Source of the DNA: an uncultured Chloroflexia bacterium
GTDB lineage: Bacteria > Chloroflexota > Limnocylindria > Limnocylindrales > CSP1-4
Direction: 5' to 3'
Length of the DNA stretch: 64,000 nucleotides
NCBI GenBank assembly: GCA_963779575.1
Contig: CAVZYT010000002.1
Coordinates: 16,654-80,653 of the forward strand
A program made the position numbers and the translations under genes. This document shows positions 31,596-42,583 of this stretch, piece after piece (position 1 is the stretch's first letter; every line of letters begins with the position of its first letter). Under the pieces are notes generated by a model. That model worked only from the letters and a program-made list of their open reading frames with translations, made no database searches and was not told where the DNA came from.

Positions 31596-33247
31596 TCAGC
31601 CCAGACGGGCAGCCGCCAGGCGCTCGGCCTCGCGCAAGGCGATCGGCGAGCCCGTCACGCCCGCGAGGAACTCGTCGCGCTCGAGGGCCCACAACGAGCC
31701 GTCGGTTGCCGCGGTGACCGTCGCGGTCCGCGGGACGTCGCGGAGCAGCGCGATCTCCCCGAACGCGTCGCCCGGGCCGAGGCCGTTGCGAGGCTGACCG
31801 CCGATCGCCACGTCGAACGTGCCTCGCTCAACGAGGTACCACCGGTCGCCGACGTCTCCCTCGCGGATCACGATCGCACCGGCCACGACGGGCACCCGGA
31901 CCAGGTGCCGCGCGAGCGTCTCGATCGCCGCGGGTCCGAGCGGAGCGAGCATCGAGACCCGGCGAAGCGCACGGAGCTCCGCCTCTGGCAGCCTTACCCG
32001 TGCATCGATGCTGGCGAACCGCCCGACGGCCAGCAGCGCGGTCAGCGGCAGCATCAGCCCGATGGCGATCGCCGCGCCCTGCAGGCCGAGGATCAGCGCG
32101 AGCGGCGGGACCATCAGCGAGCCGACGGCCTCGCCAACGAGGATCAGCCCCTCGAGCACGCCGAACACACGAGACCGCACGGCGTCCGGCGTGATCCGCT
32201 GGAGCAGGGTCTGGCCGGCCGTGTCGATGATGGCGAACCCGACCCCCGAGACCACCACCAGCAGCGCCGCCGTCCGAGCGGCGGGGTCGACGCCCAGGAG
32301 GGCGATGGGCACGCCGATGACCACGGCCGCGACGCCCAGCCACGGCGCCAGGCGCCGGCGCCCGACGAGGGCGAAGGCCGCGGTCCCCCCGATGATCCCG
32401 CCGAGGCCGACCGCGCCCACGAGGGCGGCCGCCCCGGACTCACCGATGCCGAGCAGGTCGATCGCCGTCAGCACCAGGAGGATCTCGAGGCCGCCGTAGA
32501 TCACGTACTCGCCCGTGAGCAGGGCGACGACGACGAGCAGGTCGCGGTCCCGTGCGACCTCGCGCAGCCCGGCGAGGATCGAGACGCCTCGGTCAGACGC
32601 GTCAGGCTCGTCATCGACGAGGGCGAGCGGCGCGTCCGCCGGTCCCCTGAGCCCGATGAGCAGGACGCCACCGGCGGCGAGCACGCCCGCGGCCACGAGG
32701 AACGTGACCTGCGCATCGGAAACCGCGAGCAGGATCGCCGCCCCCACCGGCCCGAGGAAGCCGCCGATCCCGATGAAGATCGTCGACCACGCGTTCGCGG
32801 CGGTGAGCTCCTCCGGGCTGCGGGCGAGCTCAGGCAGCAGCGAGGCGAGGATCGGCCGCGTCTGCGTCAGCGAGATCGACGCGAGCGCAGAGACGAGGTA
32901 GACGACGATCGGCGACGCGCCGACGATGATGGCGACGCCCGTCGCAGCGAGCAGGAGTGACTGCGCGAGAACCAGCCGAGCAGCACGCTCGCGCGCGGGA
33001 ACCGGTCGCCGATGTTGGCGAGGAGCGGGGCCGCCACGGCGCTGGGGATGAGCTGCAGGATCGCGACGAGGCCGACCGAGCCGGGGCCCGTCGCGCCGTA
33101 GGCGAACACGAGGATCGTCGTCCAGCTCGCCATCTCCACCGTGTTGAACGCGAGGTACGCGACCATCGCGCGGCGGATCGAGCCGTTGCGCATCGCCGTC
33201 GCCGAGACCGTGATCGAGCGCCGGATCGATTCCAGCAGGTCGCGCAT
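31596..33247 (-). CDS. MFS transporter fused to a C-terminal cyclic-nucleotide-binding domain, one frameshift near 32990
   Basis: About 12 TM segments, then ...IVIREGDVGDRWYLVERGTFDVAIGGQPRNGLGPGDAFGEIALLRDVPRTATV. The N-terminal 85 aa (MRDLLESIRRS...) sit in a different frame. Confidence 0.7.
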
Positions 33248-33421
33248 GCCGCCAGCATCGGGCGTGACGGCGGCCTCGTGTGAGGCATTCGCGCCGTTCG
33301 TGGCGCAGGCGGCGTACACGCTCGGCCGAGGCTGGCCCGGCGGCGTTACAGTGGACCGCCTGCGGCAGCCCGGATGCGAGCCGGCCCGCAGCGCCGGTAG
33401 CCGGGAGCGTGCACGTCACCG

Positions 33422-35598
33422 ATGACTGAACAGCCGGATGGTCGCGTGTCGGTCGCAGTACCTCAGATCGTGCCGGACTGGCTGATCAACCTCGCCGCCC
33501 TCGGCTGGCGCATGTTCGTCATCGCGGCCCTGGTCATCGCGCTATGGCTCCTCGCCTCGCTCCTGTGGACCGTGACGGCGTCGATCATCGTGGCCATCGT
33601 CATCGCCGCGACGTTCGCTCCGATCGTCGTGCGCCTCCGGACGCGCGGCCGATCGCGGACCGCCGCTGCCGCGATCGTGTGGGTTGTCGCGATCGTGGTG
33701 CTGCTGACCGCGGGTCTCCTGCTCGCCCTGGCTCTCGTTCCCTACCTGGTCGAGGTGCTCCAGAGTGTCGACGCTAGCATCGCCAAGGTGCAGACCGACC
33801 TCGCAGCGCTGAACATTCCGCCCGCGGTTGGGACGGCGCTGCGCGACATGTTCGATGCCGTCCGCGGCACGAGCGGCGACTTCGTGTCCGCGGTCGTCGC
33901 GGCGGCCGCCGGCGCGATCACGATCGCGATCCTGGCGACGTTCCTGGTGTTCTTCTTCCTCCAGGACGGCGACAAGGCGTGGGTCTGGATCTTCCAGGCT
34001 GCCAGCGACCAGAAGCGCGAGCGGATCACGGATGCCGGCGATGACGCCCTGTGGCGCGTCGGCGGATACCTCCGCGGCACGACGGTGTTGTCGGCGATCA
34101 TCGCGATCACCGATTACGTCTTCATGTGGATCCTCGGCGTGCCGCTTGCCGGGCCACTCGCACTGCTCGTCTTCTTCAGCGGCTACATCCCGTATTTCGG
34201 CGGAATCATCTCGACCGGGCTCATCCTGCTGGTGACCTACGCTGCCCTGGGCTCGGGCGCCGTGATCGCAATGCTCGTCCTGATCAGCATCAGGAACGTC
34301 ATCCTCGGCTACGGCATACGGCCGGTTGTGTACGGGCGCACGGTGAGCATCCATCCGGCGATTGTCCTGGTCGCGCTCCCCGCCGGCTACGAGTTGGCCG
34401 GGATCGTCGGCCTGTTCGCTGCCGTTCCCGTAACGGCGATCATCCTCGCCGTCGCGAACGCAACAGTCAGCATCATCGATCCCGGGGCACGCCCCGAGCT
34501 ACCGGCGCTCGTCCCGGCCTGGATCGACCGGGTGGCCCAGTGGAGCTGGCGGCTGCTCGTGGCGGCCGGCCTCGTCGCGCTGTGCGTGGGCATCTTCTCC
34601 GCGATGCCCCTGGTCGTGATCCCGGTCGTCCTCGCGATCATCCTGAGCGCCACGCTCGATCCGCTGGTGCAGCGCCTGATTCGGGCGCGGCCGGTCACGT
34701 GGCCGTGCCGCGGCGATGGCTACGGGCGGCGGCTTCCTGGCGGTGGTCGCCATCGTGGCGGTGACGGTGGTCGTGCTTGTCGATCAGGCCGCCGAGATCA
34801 ATGCCACGACGACGTCAGGTGCGTCGTCGGCGAATGCCTCGAGCGGTGGCCAGCTCGGCCTGTTCGACTGATGCCGTGTCCACAGGCGGGGGCGATGCGC
34901 TGCGGACGATTGCGGGTGCGGCATCTGCCATCGGCGAGATCGCGGTGATTGTCGTCCTGAGCACGCTGCTCGCGTTCTACTTCCTCAAGGACGGCGTTGA
35001 ACTGTGGTCGCGGATCATGACCCACGTCCGCGACGACGTCGCGCCGGAGGTGAACGCCGCCGCCAGCCGCGCCTTCGACGTCCTGGGCGGCTACATGATC
35101 GGAACGGGCGCGATCTCGCTCGTGGGAGCCGGCAGCCAGTTCGTGATCATGGTCTTGCTGGGGCTCCCGCTCGCCTTGCCGGTGTTCGTGCTGTCGTTCT
35201 TCCTGTGCTTCATCCCCTACATCGGCGGCTTCATCTCGACCGGCATCGCGTTCCTGATCACGGTCGCCGTGGGCACTCCAGCGGACATCGTGATCATGGC
35301 CATCTGGACATTGGTGTTCAACATCGTGACCGGCAATATCGTCACCCCGCTCGTATACGGCCGGACCGTCCACCTGCATCCGGCCGTGGTGCTCGTCGCG
35401 ATCCCGGCCGGCGCAGCGGTAGCCGGCATCCTGGGCATGTTCATCGTGGTCCCGGCGCTGGCGGTGGTCGCGGCGACCTGGCGGACCGTCCTGGCCGTCA
35501 TTGGCACCCGGCGCTCCGATGCCGCACGCGCCGCGGCCCTGGCGGCGTCGGAGCCGTCACCGATCGCGCCGGACGCTGTCGCGCCTGAGCCGGCCTAG
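33422..35598 (+). CDS. Tandem AI-2E family transporter modules, apparently fused in frame; second module frameshifted
   Basis: Module 1 (33422 to about 34470) is a complete AI-2E transporter. Its ORF continues without a stop into module 2's N-terminus (WRLLVAAGLVALCVGIFSAMPLVVIPVVLAIILSATLDPLVQRLI). Module 2 continues in other frames (34777..35598: ...GFISTGIAFLITVAVG...PLVYGRTVHLHPAVVLVAIPAGAAVAGILGMFIVVPALAVVAA). Confidence 0.65.
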
Positions 35599-35600
35599 CC

Positions 35601-35792
35601 GTGCGCACGTCGAGGCTGGTGATCGCCGCTATCGTCGGCCTCGTCGGGCTGGTGTGGATCGGTCAGGGCAGCGGTCTGATCGCCGGCTCGGCGATGAGCG
35701 GCAGCCCGTTCTGGCTGGCCGTGGGCGTCGCGCTTGTCGTCGTCGCGGTGATGATCGTGGTCAGGGAGTCCCGCGCGCGGCCGAAGACCTGA
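35601..35792 (+). CDS. Small two-transmembrane-helix protein (63 aa)
   Basis: (V)RTSRLVIAAIVGLVGLVWIGQGSGLIAGSAMSGSPFWLAVGVALVVVAVMIVV; starts 3 nt after the AI-2E stop. Confidence 0.4.
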   Translation: MRTSRLVIAAIVGLVGLVWIGQGSGLIAGSAMSGSPFWLAVGVALVVVAVMIVVRESRARPKT

Positions 35793-35988
35793 CCTCAGAC
35801 GAGCGCGGCGAGCGCCGCGAGCCGGGAGCGATCGGTCGCGGCGTCATCGGCGTCGACGGTCGCCATCCTGGCCGGGGCGCGCCGAGGCCTGATGCAACCG
35901 CCTGCCGGCCAACCGTGTTGAAGCACTCGCAACGGTTTGCAGGTGTCTGGAAAGATGGATCGATGAGCAATCCCGCGGCGGTGACCCG

Positions 35989-36897
35989 GTGACGCAACGC
36001 GGGATCATCCTGTTCGCGTTGATGGCCGTGATCTGGGGCATCCCGTACCTGTTCATCCGGGTCGCGGTCGCCGAGATCACACCGGCAACGCTCGTGTTCC
36101 TGCGCACGGCGATCGCCACGGCGATCCTGCTGCCGATCGCGCTGTTCCGCGTCGACCTTCGCGCGGTGCTGGTCCACTGGCGCTGGGTGGCCGCGTTCGC
36201 CGTGATCGAGATCGCCATCCCGTGGGTCCTGCTCGGGTCCGCAGAGCAGCACCTGTCGAGCTCGCTCACGGGGCTGCTGATCGCGACCACACCGCTCATC
36301 GGCACGGTGTTCGCGGTCGTCACCGGCGGCACCGATCGGCTGGGGCGGACCGCCATCGCCGGGCTCTTCGTCGGCCTCGCGGGCGTCGTCGCGATCGTCG
36401 GTGGCGACTTCGCGACGTCTGACGTCATGTCGCTGGTGCAGGTCTTCCTGGTCGCCGTGTGCTACGCGATCGGGCCGGCCATCCTCGCCCGTCGGCTGGG
36501 CGGCGTGCCGTCGCTCGGGATCATGGCCCTGTCACTGGCCGGGTCGATGCTCCTCTACGCACCGATCGCGGCCCTGCAGTGGCCGGCGGCCGCTCCCTCG
36601 ACAAACGTGATCATCTCGGTCCTCGTGCTGGGCACGGTCTGCACCGCGGCCGCGTTCATGATCTTCGCGGCGCTGATCGGCGAGATCGGGCCCGTGCGGT
36701 CGACGGTCATCACCTACATCAACCCGGCTGTCGCCGCGATCCTGGGTGTCCTCGTGCTCCAGGAGACGTTCACCCCGGCGATGGGTCTCGGCCTCGTGCT
36801 GGTGATCCTGGGGTCTGTGCTGGCGACGCGACGACCGTCGCCTGCGTCGGTCGCGCCATCAGTGGGCCTCACGCCCGAGCCCGCGGAGGCCGGGTAG
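35989..36897 (+). CDS. EamA/DMT-family transporter
   Basis: Ten predicted TM segments and a duplicated EamA pattern; intact. Confidence 0.8.
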   Translation: MTQRGIILFALMAVIWGIPYLFIRVAVAEITPATLVFLRTAIATAILLPIALFRVDLRAVLVHWRWVAAFAVIEIAIPWVLLGSAEQHLSSSLTGLLIATTPLIGTVFAVVTGGTDRLGRTAIAGLFVGLAGVVAIVGGDFATSDVMSLVQVFLVAVCYAIGPAILARRLGGVPSLGIMALSLAGSMLLYAPIAALQWPAAAPSTNVIISVLVLGTVCTAAAFMIFAALIGEIGPVRSTVITYINPAVAAILGVLVLQETFTPAMGLGLVLVILGSVLATRRPSPASVAPSVGLTPEPAEAG

Positions 36898-36910
36898 CGC
36901 CCGCGATCCC

Positions 36911-37108
36911 CTACCAGGCGCGCTCCCAGAGGTAGACCTCGCCACACGCGCACATGAAGGTCCAGCGCTCGACCCGGTCGCCGCCGAGGGGTTGAACGAC
37001 GGTCGGCGTGCGCTCCCGCTCGGCCCGGAGCGTGCCGTTGGGGTGGCGGTGCCACACCGTCGGGAACTGCTTCGGACCCGTCTTCACGTCGACCACCCAC
37101 TCCGCCAT
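36911..37108 (-). CDS. Small hypothetical protein (65 aa), possibly a metal-binding CxC motif
   Basis: MAEWVVDVKTGPKQFPTVWHRHPNGTLRAERERTPTVVQPLGGDRVERWTFMCACGEVYLWERAW. Confidence 0.4.
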   Translation of the reverse strand: MAEWVVDVKTGPKQFPTVWHRHPNGTLRAERERTPTVVQPLGGDRVERWTFMCACGEVYLWERAW

Positions 37109-37137
37109 GACGCGGAGTATAGAACACCCGTTCGATA

Positions 37138-37887
37138 TCAGTCGGCCAGCGACGCCAGGTAGCGGGCCGCGCTCGCGATGTCCGCGAGCTCGTCGGCCGG
37201 CTGGTCCTGCTCCGCGATGTACCAGTCCACGCCGGCATCCCGGGCGGCCGCGACGATTGCAGGAAAGTCGAGGACTCCCGAGCCAGCCGGGGCATCGTGC
37301 GGCTCGACGCCCGGGGCCCGGTCCTTCATGTGGAGCATCCGCACCCGGTCGCCACCCGCCCGGATCGCCGACACGGGATCGCACCCACCGACCGACACCC
37401 AGTACACGTCCACCTCGAGCTCGATGCCCGCCGGTAGCTCGGCGAGGAGCACGTCCCAGGCCGTCGACCCCTCGAGCGGCGCGAACTCGAAGTCGTGGTT
37501 GTGGTAGCCGAGCGTGATGCCCCGCGCACCCAGCGTCTCCGCGATATGGCCGAGCTCGGCGGCGAAGCGGCGGACATCGTCGAGCGTCCGTCGATCGTCC
37601 GGCGGCATCCAGGGCACGACGACCCGCGGGCAGCCGATGGCGGACACCCGATCGGCCACGGCGGCGGCATCAGCGCGCAGCTGGTCGATTCCCTCGTGGG
37701 ACGAGACCGCAGTCAGGCCGGCCTCGGCCAAGAGGCGGGTGAGGTCGCCCGGCTCGACCGCGGGCAGGCCCGCGAGCTCGATCGAGCGGTAGCCGGCCTC
37801 GGCGACGGCGCGCAGGGTGCCGGGGAGGTCATCCGCCGTGAGCCGGCGTACGGTGTACAGCTGGAGCGCGATCTGGTCGTGACGCAT
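37138..37887 (-). CDS. Sugar phosphate isomerase/epimerase (xylose-isomerase-like TIM barrel)
   Basis: MRHDQIALQLYTVRRLTADDLPGTLRAVAEAGYRSIELAG...GYHNHDFEF...LHMKD. Confidence 0.8.
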   Translation of the reverse strand: MRHDQIALQLYTVRRLTADDLPGTLRAVAEAGYRSIELAGLPAVEPGDLTRLLAEAGLTAVSSHEGIDQLRADAAAVADRVSAIGCPRVVVPWMPPDDRRTLDDVRRFAAELGHIAETLGARGITLGYHNHDFEFAPLEGSTAWDVLLAELPAGIELEVDVYWVSVGGCDPVSAIRAGGDRVRMLHMKDRAPGVEPHDAPAGSGVLDFPAIVAAARDAGVDWYIAEQDQPADELADIASAARYLASLAD

Positions 37888-37960
37888 GACCTGACGGTAC
37901 GGTATCGCCCGTGCGCGATGGAGCGGCGCATGCGGGCCGGGATCACGTAGGCTCGGGCTC

Positions 37961-39064
37961 ATGGAGCCGCTGGGCATCGGAATCGTCGGCACGGGCAACA
38001 TCGCGGGCGGGTACGCCCGCGACATCCCGACACACCCGCAGATCCGACTCGTTGCGGCAACCGACGTCGACCAGGCTCGCGCGGCGGCCTTCGGCGAGGC
38101 CCACGGCTGCCGGATCCACGCCTCGCTCGACGAGCTGCTCGCGGACCCGTCCGTCGACATCGTGGTCAACCTCACGGTCCACCAGGCCCACGTCGAGGTC
38201 ACGAAACGCGCGCTCGAGGCCGGGCACCACGTCTACAGCGAGAAGCCGATGGCGCTCGCCGCCACTGATGCGCGGGACCTGATCGCGACCGCCGAACGTC
38301 ATGGCGTCCGCCTCGGCTGTGCCCCCGCCACGTTTCTCGGCGAGGCGCAGCAGACGGCAGCCGCGTGGATCCGCGACGAGCGGCTGGGCACGATCCGGGC
38401 CGTGTATGCGGACGTCAGCCATGGGCGCATCGAGACATGGCACCCGTCCCCCGAGGGGTTCTTCGACGTCGGCGTCCTGGTCGATGTCGCCGTCTATCCG
38501 CTCACCCTGGTGACGACGATGGTTGGCCGCGCGACGTCGGTCCGGGCCTGGGGCTGGGACCTCCTGCAGGATCGGGTGACCATCGCCGGGACGCCGTTCC
38601 GCATCGGCAGCCCGGACCTGATCGTGGCGGCCGTCGAGCTCGAGGGCGGCGCGGTCCTCCGCCTGACCGCGAGCTTCTATGTCGGGCGGCCCGCCAAGCA
38701 CAAGGGCGGGCTCGAGTTCCACGGTGACGCCGCCTCGCTCGCGCTGGGCAACTTCCAGGACTTCAACGCCGCGGTCGAGGTCGGCCCCTACGACGGGGAC
38801 TACGCGCCGGTCCCGTTCGTCCGCGAGCCGTTTCCCGGGATCGCCTGGGGGCGCGGCGTGGCGGACCTGGCGTCCGCGATCGCGGAGGATCGCCCGCATC
38901 GGGCGTCGGCCGAGCAGGCCGCCCACGTCGTCGACATCCTCGAGGCCGCAGGCGCATCGATGGCCGGCGATGGCCGCCGCATCGAGGTCAGCTCGACGTT
39001 CCCCGTCCCGGCGCTGATGCCGTGGGCGACGCTGCCGGAGGCGGACCACGCCGGTGGCGGCTGA
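37961..39064 (+). CDS. Gfo/Idh/MocA-family NAD(P)-dependent oxidoreductase
   Basis: MEPLGIGIVGTGNIAGGYARDI...EKPMALA...; divergent from the isomerase. Confidence 0.85.
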   Translation: MEPLGIGIVGTGNIAGGYARDIPTHPQIRLVAATDVDQARAAAFGEAHGCRIHASLDELLADPSVDIVVNLTVHQAHVEVTKRALEAGHHVYSEKPMALAATDARDLIATAERHGVRLGCAPATFLGEAQQTAAAWIRDERLGTIRAVYADVSHGRIETWHPSPEGFFDVGVLVDVAVYPLTLVTTMVGRATSVRAWGWDLLQDRVTIAGTPFRIGSPDLIVAAVELEGGAVLRLTASFYVGRPAKHKGGLEFHGDAASLALGNFQDFNAAVEVGPYDGDYAPVPFVREPFPGIAWGRGVADLASAIAEDRPHRASAEQAAHVVDILEAAGASMAGDGRRIEVSSTFPVPALMPWATLPEADHAGGG

Positions 39065-39133
39065 CGGCGGCCGAACCGTCGTCTGCGCGACTCGAGGGAC
39101 GAGCGGGGCAGCCGCTACCTTGCGGCGACCCTG

Positions 39134-39394
39134 GTGGCGGGCACACTCCGGATCGAGGGCCAGGACCTCGGGCAGGCTGTCGAGGACATCCTCGGCGACC
39201 GCGAGTACGAGTGGACCTGGACGATCGCGGCGGCCGCCATCCCCGCGGCCGTCAGAGCGCTCGGCGGCGGGCCGGGATCCGACCCGCTCGCCGTCGTCGC
39301 GACGTGGTCGGCGGCGAACGATGGCGCGGACCCGGGCCCGCGGCTGAAGGAGTCGGGCGTACCGGTCGAGTTCTGGAGCCGGCTCGGCGACTGA
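39134..39394 (+). CDS. Hypothetical protein (86 aa)
   Basis: GTG start; strong GC3 codon bias; no family recognised. Confidence 0.3.
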   Translation: MAGTLRIEGQDLGQAVEDILGDREYEWTWTIAAAAIPAAVRALGGGPGSDPLAVVATWSAANDGADPGPRLKESGVPVEFWSRLGD

Positions 39395-39401
39395 GCGTCC
39401 C

Positions 39402-39912
39402 TCAGCGTCCGGCGACGACGAGGCGCCATACGCGCTCGCCGTCGACGAGCTCGTCCGTCGCCCGCAGGCCGGCTCTCGCCGCGACCGTCGCCGACGCGGC
39501 GTGATCGGGATCGACGTATGCCTCGATCGTGCGGACGCCCGCGGACGCGAGCCAGTCGACGAGACCTCGGGCGGCCTCGGTGGCGTACCCGTGGCCCTGC
39601 CATGGCGTGCCGATCACCCAGGCCACAGCTGCTCGTCGTTCGCTGGTCCAGACCGTTGCCTGCACGGTGCCGATCGCCGGGCCCTGGGCCACGAGCCGGG
39701 CGATCCAGTTATGCCAGGCCGCCGCCGCGGACGTCGGACGGCCCGGCGACCAGCTGCCCGTAGGTCCGGCGCAGCGCTTCGAGGTCTGGCGGTTCACCGC
39801 CGGTGAATGTGTAGAGCGCCGGATCCGCCAGCACGGCGACCATCTCGTCCGCATCGGCGACTCGGAGCGGATCCAGGACGAGGCGCTCGGTGCGCAGGTC
39901 GGGCGTCTCCAC
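39402..39912 (-). CDS. GNAT (RimJ/RimL-like) acetyltransferase, one frameshift near 39725
   Basis: N-terminus (V)ETPDLRTERLVLDPLRVADADEMVAVLADPALYTFTGG is in one frame. ...AIGTVQATVWTSERRAAVAWVIGTPWQGHGYATEAARGLVDWLAS is in another. Confidence 0.6.
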
Positions 39913-39923
39913 GGCGGTCGGCG

Positions 39924-41165
39924 TCAGGCCTCCTGGAACGACAGCGGCTCGAGGTCCGGCGCCGCTCGCTCGGGGTGCAGGACGAGCTCGAGCCAGCCGA
40001 ACGACTCGCGATGGTAGAGCGCGCGAGCGTTGATCTCGCAGTGGTCGCCGGCTCCCTCCGCCTCCCGGAAGTGGACGTACTCGTGCTCGCAGGTCAGCGC
40101 GGCGGCCAGCTGACCCGCCGAGGCGCTGATGTCGTCGCCTTCCGCACTGCATAGCCACGTCGGGCAACGGATCGCCCCGGCGCGACCCTCGAGCGTGAAC
40201 GGCCGCAGCGCCTCGACGTAGTCGATCACGTCATCGACGCCATGGACGAGCATCCCGCGGCGCAGCACCCAGCCCGCCGTGGGGTCGCGTGCCATGCGAT
40301 CGAGGATGCGGCGCATGAGCGCGACGGCGGGCCGCCGGCCACGATCGAACGGGCCGGCGAGCGGGCCTGGAACGCGGGCGAGAAATGACGCGTAGAGGTC
40401 GAACGATCCGCAGTCGGCGATGCACGCCGCGAGCCGGTGCTCGGCGCTCGCGGCTCGGGGTGCGAGGTGGGCGCCGAGGCTGAGCCCGATGAGCGCGATC
40501 CGCTCGGCGTCGACGTCGTCACGCTTGACCAGGTAGTCGACGACCGGGGTTATCACGGCCTCCCAGTCGGACCGTATCGTCAGTCCCCGGTCGAGCAAGG
40601 CCGCGCCTTGCCCCGGTCCGTCGAACGCGAGCACGTTGTAGCCGCGCTCGAGGGCCGCCGCGCCGTTGAACAGGTACAGCTCCTCGGCCGTCCCGTCGTA
40701 GCCCCCGGTCAGGATCACGGTCTCGCGACGGCCGTCGCCGGCGCTGAAGAAGTAGCCCGGCAGCGTGGTCGCCTCGTACGGGATCTCGACCAGCTCCGGA
40801 GGGCGGGGCAATAGAAACGCGGCGCGCCGGAACAGGGCCGTCTGCCGGGCCTGGGACGCGGCCAGCCGCTCGTCAACCGGCTTCCCGAGCAGCATGACGC
40901 CGGCATTGCGTGCGTAGTTCGAGGCCCGCAGGAAGGCGCCTCGCGCGGCGTCGTCGTGTCCCTCGTCGATCTCGTGCTCTCCGATGGCCTCGGCGGCGCT
41001 GGCCGCGCCCATCCAGGCGACGTACCAGCTGATGAGGTCGGCGCCGCGCACCCGAGCGCAGGCGGCCAGACACTCGTCCCGGTCGGCGCCGCCGTAGATC
41101 GCGGACCCGGCGACGCGCAAGGCCTGGGCGTCGAGCAGCGGGTCGTCGAGCGCGAAGTGGGTCAT
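39924..41165 (-). CDS. Alpha/beta hydrolase (DUF1100-like)
   Basis: ...[11 protein letters not shown]... nucleophile elbow; intact 413 aa. Confidence 0.7.
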   Translation of the reverse strand: MTHFALDDPLLDAQALRVAGSAIYGGADRDECLAACARVRGADLISWYVAWMGAASAAEAIGEHEIDEGHDDAARGAFLRASNYARNAGVMLLGKPVDERLAASQARQTALFRRAAFLLPRPPELVEIPYEATTLPGYFFSAGDGRRETVILTGGYDGTAEELYLFNGAAALERGYNVLAFDGPGQGAALLDRGLTIRSDWEAVITPVVDYLVKRDDVDAERIALIGLSLGAHLAPRAASAEHRLAACIADCGSFDLYASFLARVPGPLAGPFDRGRRPAVALMRRILDRMARDPTAGWVLRRGMLVHGVDDVIDYVEALRPFTLEGRAGAIRCPTWLCSAEGDDISASAGQLAAALTCEHEYVHFREAEGAGDHCEINARALYHRESFGWLELVLHPERAAPDLEPLSFQEA

Positions 41166-41218
41166 CGTCCCGCAGCATATCGGGAGCCCGCCGACCCGCG
41201 GCTGCTAGGCTGACGCGC

Positions 41219-42116
41219 GTGCCGGATGACATCCTCGATGGCTGCCGTGGGCGCGTCGTCCTGTCGGACAACCTGGTCACGCTCGCGGCGCTGCCCGCTG
41301 ACTCGGTCGACCTCTCGTATGACGATCCGCCGTTCAACACGGGCAGGCGCCAGACGCTCCGGCGGCTGCACACGGTCCATGACGAGGCCACTGGCGATCG
41401 GACGGGCTGGGCCGGCAGGCGCTACCGGACCGAGACGCTCGGCGTCCACGCCTATGACGACATCCACGACGACTACCTCGGGTTCCTCGAACCCCGCCTC
41501 GTCGAGATCCGCCGGGTCCTGAAGCCGACCGGCAGCCTTTACCTGCACCTCGACTGCCCGCGAGGTGCACTACGTCAAGGTCATGCTCGACGGCATCTTC
41601 GGCCGCGAGTGCTTCCTGAACGAGCTGATCTGGGCGTACGACTACGGGGCACGCACGTCGAAGCGATGGCCGCCCAAGCACGACACCATCCTCGTCTACG
41701 TCAAGGACCCGGCTCGGTATTTCTTCGACGCGGAGGCCGTCGACCGGATCGCCTACATGGCTCCCGGCCTTGTCGGCGCCGCGAAGGCCGAACGGGGGAA
41801 GCTGCCGACGGACACCTGGTGGCACACGATCGTGCCCACGAGCGGTCGCGAGCGGACGGGCTACCCGACCCAGAAGCCCCTCGGCATCCTGCGCCGGATG
41901 ATCCAGGCCTCGTGCCCGGACAACGGGATCGTCGCGGACTTCTTCGCCGGCAGCGGTTCCTCGGGCGCGGCGGCCCACGAGCTCGGGCGCCGGTTCCTGA
42001 TGGTCGACGACAATCCGGAGGCGTGCGGGATCATGCGCGACCGCTTCGCCGGCTACGAGCGCATGAGCTACGTCGGCCTGGACGTGGTCAACGCGGCCGA
42101 CCGGGCCGGTTCATAG
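41219..42116 (+). CDS. Beta-class N6A/N4C DNA methyltransferase (solitary), one frameshift near 41560
   Basis: DPPF (motif IV: [14 protein letters not shown]) precedes FFAGSGSSG (motif I), with ...[15 protein letters not shown] between. One extra base changes [11 protein letters not shown] to DCPRGALRQ. No endonuclease partner is nearby. Confidence 0.75.
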
Positions 42117-42127
42117 GAGCGAATGGC

Positions 42128-42565
42128 ATGCCCCTGACCGGCGAGTACGAACCCGGGACGGCGCGCTACGCGCGCGATCAGGCCGAGCGCTACGAGGCGT
42201 CGGGCGGCGCTGTGGCCAGCGACCTCCGCGGCCGCCCGGTGATCGTGCTGACGTCCGTGGGCGCGAAGACCGGCAAGCTGCGCAAGACCGCCCTGATGCG
42301 CGTCGAACACGACGGCGTCTACGCGGTGGTGGCCTCCCTTGGCGGCGCCCCCAAGCACCCGGTCTGGTACTACAACCTGCGGAGCGAGCCCCACGTCGAG
42401 CTCCAGGACGGGGAGGTCAAGCGGGACTACCTGGCGCGCGAGGTCACCGGCGACGAGAAGGCGACCTGGTGGGCGCGCGCCGTCGAGGCGTGGCCCGATT
42501 ACGCCAAGTACCAGGTCAAGACCGAGCGCCAGATCCCGGTGTTCGTGCTGGAGCCGATCGCGTAG
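42128..42565 (+). CDS. Nitroreductase-family deazaflavin (F420H2)-dependent oxidoreductase (DUF385)
   Basis: [84 protein letters not shown]. Confidence 0.8.
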   Translation: MPLTGEYEPGTARYARDQAERYEASGGAVASDLRGRPVIVLTSVGAKTGKLRKTALMRVEHDGVYAVVASLGGAPKHPVWYYNLRSEPHVELQDGEVKRDYLAREVTGDEKATWWARAVEAWPDYAKYQVKTERQIPVFVLEPIA

Positions 42566-42583
42566 CGATCGCGGTCGGACGGG

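Noticed and set aside
35796-35867. 23-aa minus-strand ORF (MATVDADDAATDRSRLAALAALV) between the small TM gene and the EamA gene
   Set aside because: Too short, no ribosome-binding site, and composition consistent with chance in GC-rich DNA.
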